The notes below the pieces were generated by a model, which was given only the letters and a program-made list of their open reading frames with translations, ran no database searches and had not been told where the DNA came from. From Trypanosoma brucei (taxonomy: Eukaryota): DNA of 64,000 nt. The stretch lies in NCBI GenBank assembly GCA_000002445.1, contig AE017150.2, forward strand, positions 864,001-928,000. Reading direction: 5' to 3'. Below, one piece after another: positions 41,713 to 51,056 of this stretch (its first letter is position 1; every line of letters starts with the position of its first letter). The position numbers and the translations under genes are program-made.

Positions 41713-42378
41713 ATGCTTATATCTGCCTCCTTTGTGTCTTACCAGCGCATGATCGTTGCAGAACATCGTGTTACGGCTACAATGAAAGGTGTTGTTGATG
41801 TTATGCTCGAGCAGCTTCCTCGTTATGACACTAAAGCCGTCTATCAGTATGATGAAAGCGTGTTTCATTTTCTTGTTGAAAATGAACTTGTGTACGGTTG
41901 TGTCACAGGTGTGGATCACACAAAGCGCGTGGTATTTGAATTTTTGTCACGTATCCGTGATTTCTTTAAAAAAGAGTTTGCTGGTAGCGATAGGCGATAT
42001 CCACGACCCTCGGCTATTTCTTTCAGTGCTTGCAGTAAATTCGGCGCAGTGCTTTCAGATAATATGCGGTCATTCAATGAAACTAATAGTACAGATAAAC
42101 TTGGTGAAATTAATAAACTTGTTGATGATACGAAGCATACAATGTTGGGGAACATAGACGTGCTAATTGATCGCGGGGAGCGAATTGAATTATTGTGTCA
42201 TAAGACGGAAGTGCTTAACACCGGATCCCGTGCTTTTCAGTCCAGTGCTAGGTCGTTAAAGTGGAAAGTGTGTATGGGAAAGATGCGGTTTGTTATTGGG
42301 ACGTTTTTACTTTTCCTTTTCTTTGCGACCATATCTTTCATTTTCATTTGCGGCACTAACCTCAAGTGCAAAAAGTAG
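41713..42378 (+). CDS. R-SNARE, VAMP7-like longin-domain vesicle-associated membrane protein
   Basis: Longin-like N-terminus (MLISASFVSYQRMIVAEH...VYQYDESVFHFLVENELVYGCVTGVD). SNARE motif NIDVLIDRGERIELLCHKTEVLNTGSRAFQSSARSLK with the central Arg. C-terminal TM segment. Confidence 0.7.
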   Translation: MLISASFVSYQRMIVAEHRVTATMKGVVDVMLEQLPRYDTKAVYQYDESVFHFLVENELVYGCVTGVDHTKRVVFEFLSRIRDFFKKEFAGSDRRYPRPSAISFSACSKFGAVLSDNMRSFNETNSTDKLGEINKLVDDTKHTMLGNIDVLIDRGERIELLCHKTEVLNTGSRAFQSSARSLKWKVCMGKMRFVIGTFLLFLFFATISFIFICGTNLKCKK

Positions 42379-42512
42379 GAAACACGCTATCACGTAGTCG
42401 GACATTTTTTCATAGTGTAGTTTTTTATAGTTATTTCCACTTTGAAAAAAAAACATTGGTCACTTATTGCAGTTGCAGAGTAAGTGGTATTTGACAGATA
42501 CCTGCTGTTTTA

Positions 42513-43778
42513 TTGCATTATCTTTCGGGTCTTATCACTAAAAAGCAAAAAGAAGCTATACAAGGAAAGGGAAACTTGTCAAGGAAGTCCATTCTAAAAG
42601 AACCTATGGTGGTTACTTTGGTGGAACCAACGAAATGGGCTAATTTAATAGAGGAATACCCAGACACTCTTTATTCTTCCGAATCGGCAAAGAATGTTGA
42701 AAATGTACTCTCGAAAACGTCTACGAGGAGGCACCAAAAAGTGCTGTTCAACGCCGCCAAACCCTTTATGCCAAAAATGATACACGATTGCATTGGTACT
42801 TCGATTCTGAACTCTCTTGTTAAGTATGGTACTGTTACTACCGTCGACGGCGTTTGCAAAATAGTTTTCGAGTCTTGTGAAAAAATTCTGAGATGCCGAT
42901 GCAGCCCTGAAAATCAACGAATTGAATCGTTGGGTTCGCTTTTGGAACGCATTGTTTACCGCTACGACTGTTTGGGTAATTACCGGCAAAACATCATCGA
43001 AGTACTGAAGTCTCTAAGGCCCTCACAGCTTATGGGCACCCCTGTGCTCTTGTTGGCTGCCGCGCGACTGTTAATTCAAAATAGGGATTTTGCATCTTTG
43101 GTTCTGACAAATAGTGAGGCTCGAACGGAGTTTTTTTCAGCCTCCTTAGTAAGAACGAATAGGGGCGTCGTATCTGCTTTCTGCAAAATTCTTTTATCAG
43201 AAGATGCTTTAAAGGACGGTGAAATGACTGGTCTTTGTTCGGCGTTTATTTTCGATTCCTTTTCCGGATTGTATGAACCAAAAGCCACGCTGCGACCGAT
43301 GAAAGACATAACACTACTACTGGCTAGCTGCGGTTCCATTGATGGGGTCCGAAATCTCGGGAAAAGTCTGGCGCGTTGGCCGGATATTCACGGTAGGGCA
43401 AAGGGTGATGATTATGCCAAAATTGTGGCTCATATTTTATCCCGCCTACCTGATACCGACAGCGGATTGCCGCTTGTTAAGGCAGTTCTTCACTCTGAAG
43501 AGGATATAAATGATCGACTTCGTTGTCGCAAATCATCTCATTTGCATCTTCTCGCTTCAATTGCTGAAAAGCAGTCGTACGTTCAAGTTCTCTCAGAGGC
43601 ATTGGGTACTTCTGTGGAAAAGAAGCTTGCGAGTGCTGTTGTGCAGTACCGAAGAGTGACGAAACCACGAGTGGTTTCGACAAAAGAGTTGCTTTCCCGA
43701 AAGCTTGCCGATATGCGGAAAGGCTCCGGGGAGAATGACAGCGCGCGTAACGTTTCCAAGAGATTCCGTGAATGGTAA
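42513..43778 (+). CDS. hypothetical protein (421 aa)
   Basis: Long ORF in PTU orientation. No domain recognised. Confidence 0.4.
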   Translation: MHYLSGLITKKQKEAIQGKGNLSRKSILKEPMVVTLVEPTKWANLIEEYPDTLYSSESAKNVENVLSKTSTRRHQKVLFNAAKPFMPKMIHDCIGTSILNSLVKYGTVTTVDGVCKIVFESCEKILRCRCSPENQRIESLGSLLERIVYRYDCLGNYRQNIIEVLKSLRPSQLMGTPVLLLAAARLLIQNRDFASLVLTNSEARTEFFSASLVRTNRGVVSAFCKILLSEDALKDGEMTGLCSAFIFDSFSGLYEPKATLRPMKDITLLLASCGSIDGVRNLGKSLARWPDIHGRAKGDDYAKIVAHILSRLPDTDSGLPLVKAVLHSEEDINDRLRCRKSSHLHLLASIAEKQSYVQVLSEALGTSVEKKLASAVVQYRRVTKPRVVSTKELLSRKLADMRKGSGENDSARNVSKRFREW

Positions 43779-43942
43779 TGAATATCCTTACTATATATAT
43801 AGCGTTTAGTTTGTCATGGTGTTGAGGGATCATGTGATATTGTGTTATTGCCATTTTTAAAAAAAGTCCTGTACTTAACGCATTACATTTCTCCCCTCCC
43901 TCCTTTCCCCTACGGGAGTGGCAAAAAGGTTTAAAAGGCAGA

Positions 43943-44392
43943 ATGAAGCGTGTAGCTCAGAGTGCCCTTATCGCACGGTCGTGTGGGACATTTCTGTGCT
44001 CGAGGCGATGCAGCTTACTTGAACACAGGACGAAAGGCTCCATGTTCATGAAGCATTTAGATTTATATGCTAGACGGGATCCCCAGCTGGCTCCTTACTT
44101 GCTTAGGGAAGTTGACATAGAATATAAGAGGAGGTGTCGAAAGGTCTCGTTTTGTGCATGGATATGCGTATTTACCGCTGTAACTGCAGTGCAAATTCGT
44201 ATGCAAAGTGAGCAGTTGCACTACATGCGTTTGTACGCCGATTGTGTAGAAGCTGAGCAACGCGCTAAGGATGAGGATGGGATCCGGCGAAGGAAGGCAC
44301 TTGTTGCATTGATGAACGTTGCGAAAGATGCATTCGGTCGGAATCAGTCATGGGGTAATGAAGATCAAGAAAAGGCTCTCAAAGAATTGTGA
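43943..44392 (+). CDS. hypothetical small protein (149 aa) with one predicted TM helix
   Basis: ORF in PTU orientation. It has a hydrophobic segment (FCAWICVFTAVTAV). Confidence 0.3.
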   Translation: MKRVAQSALIARSCGTFLCSRRCSLLEHRTKGSMFMKHLDLYARRDPQLAPYLLREVDIEYKRRCRKVSFCAWICVFTAVTAVQIRMQSEQLHYMRLYADCVEAEQRAKDEDGIRRRKALVALMNVAKDAFGRNQSWGNEDQEKALKEL

Positions 44393-45184
44393 ATTATTGG
44401 TGACAATCGGCGTGATAATCGGCAACGTTTCTGAAGGATAGAGAAGCTGCTTTCCCTGTTGACGGTTAGTGCAGCATGGAACTTGTCCTCTGTTTCTTTT
44501 ATTACGCCTACATTTTGCTAACTTTGTTGTAGCGCTGGTTCTTTGTGTTGCGCCTCCTTTTGGGTCGGTGCTGGATTTTAAACCTTAGTAACAAACGTGT
44601 AAACCTTTTTTTTACTCGGGGTGTCGTACATGTCACTGGGCACCATCGTGCATATTCTTATATTCCACTTAAAAGCTTTTTAAATCTTTTTTGAGTGCTT
44701 TGTCATCTAAAGACCGATATGCAGAACTGTCTCGAGCATATATGATTTGTTGGAGATAAGGGGGTTAAAGCGTTTGTATCCATCGTGGTTAGGTAGTCAG
44801 GTCTATTATCATAGTAGTCGAGCAGATGAGGGGGTAGTAAACATTGATGTTTTGTCCCACCTAACGTCAGAGGATCTCCAGTTAGTGGTATGTAATGGAA
44901 ATATTAAACATACACAGCGTAGTTGTATTTTCTTTGCTTTAGGTGAATTTGAGAATCGTGGTCCCTGGCCATACTCCGTCGACTCTCCAAAGTGGCTACA
45001 ATTTTAGCTCCAGAACGCTGGAGGAGGTGGATCAGTGTCTGTGAAAACTAGGTTTACCTGCTGTGCATAAACTTTTTTCCAGTATGCAATTAAATGCAGT
45101 GCTTCTACTTTGCTTTCCTCATTATTTCTTACCATCCAGTTTCCTCATTAAAGGCAACGTATATACTTAGATCTAACCGCATAA

Positions 45185-46654
45185 ATGGATTACGCCGCCG
45201 CAATAAAGCAGCAGGCAGAAGATCTGCAAGACGAGCTGAAGGACTTGGCTTTATGGCAGGAGGAAGTTGCACGTCAGCATGAAGTGAACAAGATGAAAAA
45301 GTCAGCCACATTTGTCACAAACTCTGTTCCTCCTATAAGAGGAACAGTACCATCCCTGAAGGAAGCCGTTTTGAAGAGCGCTGGTGTTGTTGAGAAGGAG
45401 GACCCTGTGAAGAAACAGAAAGACAAAGGTAACGAACTGTTCCAAAGTGGGAAACTCCAGGAAGCAGTGGAGGCATATGCTGTGGGTATAGACCTTGACC
45501 CAGAAGGGCCGATGGCACACGTGCTCTACGGCAACCGAGCGCTTTGTTACTTGAAGTTGGAGAGATGGTCTGATGCCGAACGGGATGCCTCCTCTTGTGT
45601 TCGTCTTAACCGCACATACGCCAAAGGGTACTTTCGCCGCGCTACAGCCAGGAAACAGCTAGGGAATTTAAAAGGTGCGCGTACAGACCTAGAGGCAGTG
45701 TTGGCGCTTTCACCGAATGATGTAAGTGCCACAAATGAGATGTCGTTAGTAACCAAAATGATCCGAGCAGATCGAGATGGCGCTGAACCGGTTACCAGGA
45801 AAAAGATTGTTATTACCGAGGTTGACGACGATGATGATGAGCAATGTGTGGGCGAGGGTGCTCAAGACAAGACGGCCTCTCCAAGTGTGATTGAAAGCAA
45901 CACCGGTCGACACCCTAACACCGTGGGAGATCAGGTAGTGAAAAATGAGATCGCTGAGTTGGAGAGGTTTCGGGCGGCCCAACGAGACGCACAGGAAGCC
46001 AGGTCAAGAGAAAGGGAAACCAAATTGCAGTACAAAGGACGTACTTCGTCGAGAGTGGAGATTGTGGAAGAAATCAACAATGAGAGTAAGGAAGGAGTAG
46101 TTGTTTCTTCGTCCCCTCTGTCACTAAACAACGGAGTGACGTCAGCGTCGGCACAAGAATGTCCTTCGAGAGAACTAGCCGCGGTTTCAACGAGCGGTGC
46201 AGCGCAACGACCGGCGACCTTTAAAGACAAAAAGATGAATGAGCCTGTTGTCCCTCGCATGCTAAAGCCGACTGTAAAGTGGACTAAGGATACTTTGAAA
46301 GCACCCAAGTCGTTTACAGAATTTGAGCGAGTTTTTTTAGACCTTAAGGACGATGAGGAACTGCTCTGTTTTTATGTTTCGGTTATACCCCCTGGGAGCA
46401 TGCAGGTGCTTTTTGGAAGCAATATGACACCTGATATTCTTCTTGGTATGCTGAAAGCGGCAGGAAGGCTTTCAGGAACATCAACGGTTTCTTTTCTCAA
46501 GGGACTGTGTACCGTGAAACGCGTGAGGGATATCTCACTGTTCTTTGATGACTGCGAGAAGAAGGTGGTCGAGGAGGTGATGGATGTTGTTGTCTCTTGC
46601 GGAGCTTCTGATGAGGATGTGAGCCTGTTTAGGCGGCAACTTGGGGTTATATAG
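45185..46654 (+). CDS. TPR-repeat protein (co-chaperone-like, RPAP3/Tah1-type?)
   Basis: Three TPR units are present (KGNELFQSGKLQEAVEAYAVGIDLDPEGPMAHVLYGNRALCYLKLERWSDAERDASSCVRLNRTYAKGYFRRATARKQLGNLKGARTDLEAVLALSPND). An acidic linker and a C-terminal globular domain follow. Confidence 0.55.
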   Translation: MDYAAAIKQQAEDLQDELKDLALWQEEVARQHEVNKMKKSATFVTNSVPPIRGTVPSLKEAVLKSAGVVEKEDPVKKQKDKGNELFQSGKLQEAVEAYAVGIDLDPEGPMAHVLYGNRALCYLKLERWSDAERDASSCVRLNRTYAKGYFRRATARKQLGNLKGARTDLEAVLALSPNDVSATNEMSLVTKMIRADRDGAEPVTRKKIVITEVDDDDDEQCVGEGAQDKTASPSVIESNTGRHPNTVGDQVVKNEIAELERFRAAQRDAQEARSRERETKLQYKGRTSSRVEIVEEINNESKEGVVVSSSPLSLNNGVTSASAQECPSRELAAVSTSGAAQRPATFKDKKMNEPVVPRMLKPTVKWTKDTLKAPKSFTEFERVFLDLKDDEELLCFYVSVIPPGSMQVLFGSNMTPDILLGMLKAAGRLSGTSTVSFLKGLCTVKRVRDISLFFDDCEKKVVEEVMDVVVSCGASDEDVSLFRRQLGVI

Positions 46655-46853
46655 ATGGAAACTTTTAATCTGTGTGACTCAGTCGGGGGGGGGGAAGTGC
46701 TTTTTCGTGCTAATTTTTAGTTGAGCATATGCGGCTTTGTGTTTCGCGTCTCTGCCGGTTTCTGGCGTGTTGCGTTGGTTTTCCGCTCCTTTCCAAACTT
46801 CAGTGTCGTTGCTTTTTTTTTTTTGATCCTTTTGCGTGTGGATGCAAGCAAGG

Positions 46854-48056
46854 ATGGTGAAAGAAACAAAATACTACGACGCTTTGGGGGTCCCTCCCAA
46901 TGCTTCCGAAGATGACATTAAGAGAGCTTACCGCAAACTTGCTTTGAAGTATCACCCAGACAAAAATAAGGAGCCTGGAGCAAACGAAAAGTTCAAGGAG
47001 GTTTCGGTGGCCTACGAATGTCTATCGGATGTGGAGAAAAGGAGACGCTACGACCAGTTTGGCGAGAAGGGCGTTGAGTCAGAGGGCGTCGGCATCGACC
47101 CATCGGATATCTTTTCCAGTTTCTTTGGTGGGAGACGCGCACGTGGAGAGGCCAAACCAAAAGATATTGTTCATCAGCAGCCCGTGCCCCTCGAAACTTT
47201 TTATAATGGTAAGACGATTAAGTTGGCTATTATACGTGATCGGCTTTGCGATTCTTGCAACGGTTCCGGCTCTAAAGATCCCAAGGTTTCCTCGCGGTGC
47301 GTGGAATGTGATGGTCGTGGCGTTAAGATAATTACTCGTTCGATTGGACCCGGCTTTGTTCAACAGATGCAGGTCGCGTGTCCAAGGTGCGGCGGAAAGG
47401 GTACGGATATTAAAGAAGAGCATAAGTGCCAGAGTTGCAGAGGCCAACAGATCGTAAAGGATAAAAAGGTTTTTGATGTTGTTGTGGAGAAGGGCATGCA
47501 GCATGGGGACAGTGTGACTTTCCAGGGTGAGGGCGATCAAATACCGGGTGTTCGCCTTTCTGGTGACATTATCATCATACTGGATGAAAAACCCCATCCT
47601 GTCTTCACGCGCAAAGGTGATCATCTCCTCATTCACCACAAAATATCGTTGGCAGAAGCGCTAACAGGTTTCACAATGAACATTAAGCATCTTGATGAAC
47701 GTGCCATTTCTATACGATCCACTAACGTAATCGATCCCCAAAAATTATGGAGCGTGAGCAGGGAGGGTATGCCCATTCCCGGAACGGGTGGCACGGAGCG
47801 AGGTGACCTGGTAATCAAGTTCGACGTTGTATACCCGTCCGCACAAAGCCTCTCTGGAGATGGCATTGAGCCACTGCGCAGAATCCTCGGGTATCCAAAG
47901 CAAGAAGAGCCTGCGCCTGAGGCCACGGAGCACACGCTGGCTGTAACTTACGTTGATCTGGATAGAGAAGCCAGACGCCGTCGCACTGCCGCGAACGACG
48001 ACGACGATGATGCGGGTCAACATGTACACACCGGTGCAACGTGTACGCAGCAATAG
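46854..48056 (+). CDS. type I DnaJ/Hsp40 (DNAJA/Ydj1-like) with C-terminal CaaX box
   Basis: J domain [35 protein letters not shown] region. Four CxxCxGxG repeats ([32 protein letters not shown]). C-terminal CTQQ immediately before the stop. Confidence 0.9.
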   Translation: MVKETKYYDALGVPPNASEDDIKRAYRKLALKYHPDKNKEPGANEKFKEVSVAYECLSDVEKRRRYDQFGEKGVESEGVGIDPSDIFSSFFGGRRARGEAKPKDIVHQQPVPLETFYNGKTIKLAIIRDRLCDSCNGSGSKDPKVSSRCVECDGRGVKIITRSIGPGFVQQMQVACPRCGGKGTDIKEEHKCQSCRGQQIVKDKKVFDVVVEKGMQHGDSVTFQGEGDQIPGVRLSGDIIIILDEKPHPVFTRKGDHLLIHHKISLAEALTGFTMNIKHLDERAISIRSTNVIDPQKLWSVSREGMPIPGTGGTERGDLVIKFDVVYPSAQSLSGDGIEPLRRILGYPKQEEPAPEATEHTLAVTYVDLDREARRRRTAANDDDDDAGQHVHTGATCTQQ

Positions 48057-48629
48057 TAATTCCAAGCATGAAAAGGAAGAAAGAGGGGTTAAAAGGGAAG
48101 TTGTGCGAGATTTAAGTATTGGATTCACGAGTCCCTACAATGCGAACCTTTTACTTCTAATCTGAATCATCTGGAGAGATGTTCGTGAGAGCGATGACTG
48201 CCATCCAGAATGAAGTGTGGTCTCCCTCCTCCTTTTGTATGTGGCGTTTCTCATCCTTGGAAGAAAGACATAGAGGAGAGATGGGAGCAAAGAATATGCC
48301 CAACTTCTTATATTATTATTATTATTACTATTATTATTATTACTGTTTTCTGTTGAGATTAAATTTCTACTAAATATTATTCTGTTGAAACATGCCCCCC
48401 TTTTCATGTACACGCCTGGAAAGGGGGGGAATGAAGGGGAATTCAGTGCGGGGCGCCGCTGCAATTCAAATGCTCTGCTGATAAAAGCTTCTGTTTCCTA
48501 CTGTTTTTTATTGAAAAATAACACTGGTCGTTTGGCGCGTAGGTATCTGAAAGTCTGCAATAAACTCGCGGACGCGGAGTTGTCTATGCACCGTGGATAA
48601 AGGGAACCTGAACTGAGATACAGACGCAC

Positions 48630-49649
48630 ATGCCTGGGGTTAACGTGATGAGCTACAAGCCGCTTGGTGGACCTGTGCTCGGTGTAACGCGGATGTTACA
48701 GATGAGGAATGGGTACACCATTCCTCAGTGTGGGTTTGGGACATACAGAATGACCCCTACCGAAGCCGGGGCGGCTGTCGAATATGCGGTGCAGGCGGGA
48801 TTCCGTCATTTCGACTGCGCCAAGGCTTACTGCAACCAATTTGCTGTGGGTGATGGATTGCGGCGCGCCATATCGTCGGGGAGGGTGAAGCGAGATGATT
48901 TGTTTGTAACGTCCAAGCTCTGGCCAACCGACCAGCATCCTGAAAATGTGGAAAAGGCCTGTAGGGAGACGTTAGAAGAGCTAAAAGTTTCCTATCTAGA
49001 TCTCTACCTCATACATTGGCCTGTTGCGTGGCGCCACTCACCCGAATTTAAAACCGAAGAAGACAAATATCCCAAGCATGATAGCGGCCTGCCTGCCGTG
49101 GACGAGAGAGTGAAACTTACGGACACATGGAGGGCAATGTGTGCACTAGTTGATAAGGGGCTGGTGCGTTCTATTGGGCTTTCTAACTGTTCTGAGAAAC
49201 ATATTGCGGAGGTAATGGGGGACGGTGACTTGTACGCACCTGTGCTTAATCAGATCGAGCTCCATCCTGCACTTGTGCAGCGGGACCTCCTCAACGTACA
49301 CCGCACCAAAAGGATGCTAACAGCATCGTATAGCCCACTTGGGATGCCTTCAAGGTTCACCTCACCGGACTACAAGGGTCTTCTGACTCATGAAGCGCTG
49401 TTGCCCCTATCTGAGCACTCGGGCTTCAGTGTAGCTCGCCTTCTGCTTAACTGGAACCTCGACATGCACAACGTGGTAATTGTGCGCTCGACAAGGAGGG
49501 ACCACATTCAATCAAATGCAAAGGCGTCGCTCTATACTCTCTCCGATCCTGTTCGGATGATACTTGACCGGTTTCAGGATCGTGAAGGAACCGTGAGGAC
49601 AATTAACCCCACAAACTTCACCCACTCCGGCGAGAGTTTCTTTTCGTAA
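48630..49649 (+). CDS. aldo-keto reductase family protein
   Basis: IPQCGFGTY, FRHFDCAKAYxN, DLFVTSKLW and LDLYLIHWP are AKR catalytic tetrad and signature blocks. The true start may be an internal Met. Confidence 0.85.
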   Translation: MPGVNVMSYKPLGGPVLGVTRMLQMRNGYTIPQCGFGTYRMTPTEAGAAVEYAVQAGFRHFDCAKAYCNQFAVGDGLRRAISSGRVKRDDLFVTSKLWPTDQHPENVEKACRETLEELKVSYLDLYLIHWPVAWRHSPEFKTEEDKYPKHDSGLPAVDERVKLTDTWRAMCALVDKGLVRSIGLSNCSEKHIAEVMGDGDLYAPVLNQIELHPALVQRDLLNVHRTKRMLTASYSPLGMPSRFTSPDYKGLLTHEALLPLSEHSGFSVARLLLNWNLDMHNVVIVRSTRRDHIQSNAKASLYTLSDPVRMILDRFQDREGTVRTINPTNFTHSGESFFS

Positions 49650-49848
49650 TACCGCAGGTAAGTACCTAACAAGTTTTCACGGCCTTGAGCGGGTCTATGT
49701 GACAATGCAATCCCCATCGCAACGTGGACACAACTGGCACATAGACTTTTCCGTGGTGATTAGTCCCCCCGCTGTTTTCTGTCTCTTTAATTTCTTCTCT
49801 GCATACCATTGCTTCGTGTGTTTATTCACATCTTTGTAGGCCAAGTAC

Positions 49849-50541
49849 GTGTGCATGGCGTCCAAGAAAGGAGGGAAGAAGGCTAACGGAGAGGATTTGG
49901 AGGCGGCCATTCTTCGGTGGTTCGAATGCGAGGGTGAACCAGCAACTGTGCAGTCACTGACCGATGCACTTGGAAGTAAGTTCGGTAAGCAACTGGTTCA
50001 AAATACGTTGGAGCAATGTTTAAAGGAACAGAAGCTGTTAGCCAAGGACATAAAAAAGGCACGGTTCTACTTCCTTGCCAGTCCCGCGCCTGGAAGCAAT
50101 GATGAGGGAAGCGATGTAGGCTCGCACAAAATAGATATCGTAAAACAGCTACGACAGTTACGAAATGGGGTCTCCATGCTTTCTTCTGAGTTGAGCGTTC
50201 TCCTGCAGGCCCAGACTTCCTCGAAGAGAGCCACAACGATCGCCTCTCTTGTCTCCGAGTGTGCAGCACTGAGGTCACGGCTTCAGGCACTACATGTGAT
50301 AGCAGGCAAGGAAAGCAGTTGTGTGTCGGACGATGTCTCGCTCCTCATCCACCGTTACAAAAGGGCCAGAGAATTATGGAGGGATCGGAAGCGTATTACG
50401 GTATGCGTCATCGATGCCGTTCTGGGAGATAGTTGTGGCCCGCAGGAGCTTGAGGATATCTTCGGACTGTCCACGGATGAGCAGATGAATCTGTGCCTAT
50501 CTGGAACTGCACTCACACTTCCAGCGACGGTGAGTAGTTGA
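49849..50541 (+). CDS. HOP2: homologous-pairing protein 2 (HOP2/TBPIP) meiotic recombination factor
   Basis: N-terminal winged-helix-like segment (AILRWFECEGEPATVQSLTDALGSKFGKQLVQNTLEQCLKEQKLLAKDIKKARFYFL). Coiled coils. A C-terminal segment (YKRARELWRDRKRITVCVIDAVLGDSCGPQELEDIFGLSTDEQMN) matches the Hop2 motif YxxExxxWRKRKRxxxExxDAILEG...EEVGIETDED. Confidence 0.6.
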   Translation: MCMASKKGGKKANGEDLEAAILRWFECEGEPATVQSLTDALGSKFGKQLVQNTLEQCLKEQKLLAKDIKKARFYFLASPAPGSNDEGSDVGSHKIDIVKQLRQLRNGVSMLSSELSVLLQAQTSSKRATTIASLVSECAALRSRLQALHVIAGKESSCVSDDVSLLIHRYKRARELWRDRKRITVCVIDAVLGDSCGPQELEDIFGLSTDEQMNLCLSGTALTLPATVSS

Positions 50542-51056
50542 TAGGGACAAACTTTCCTCAAAGCAACAGACGGGGCAACTAAAGGTGATTACAGATAGGA
50601 GGGAATCGGATTATTTAACATCACTTGTGTGTATGTATTAATCATTTATCGTTTGTTCTTTTAACATGGTGTTAACCACGCATACATTGTTTTTATTTTA
50701 CATTTACAGAAGCCATTACTTCATTATTTATTTATTAACTCCGCTGACAGATTTTTAAAAATAAAGGTCTCCATTTCCCTGCGTCATGGACGAAAAAAAG
50801 TTTGAGTTTGTGCCATAATGAATTACTTAACCTCCTTGGGGCCATCATACAGCGATGCAGCAACTGTTCAGTTCCTTTAAAGGTCTTTTTACTTTACTTT
50901 TCCCCCTGTCCAGCTATTTATTTCGTTTTTCTGTTCGGTGCACCATCTTTCGGAGGTGCGAGGGAAGAGAGGAAAAAGAGATAGAAGGCCAGGTGTTCAC
51001 AACACGTTTTCTAACCCTAACCCTGCAGTGTCACGATTATTTTTTCAGGTCTCTAA

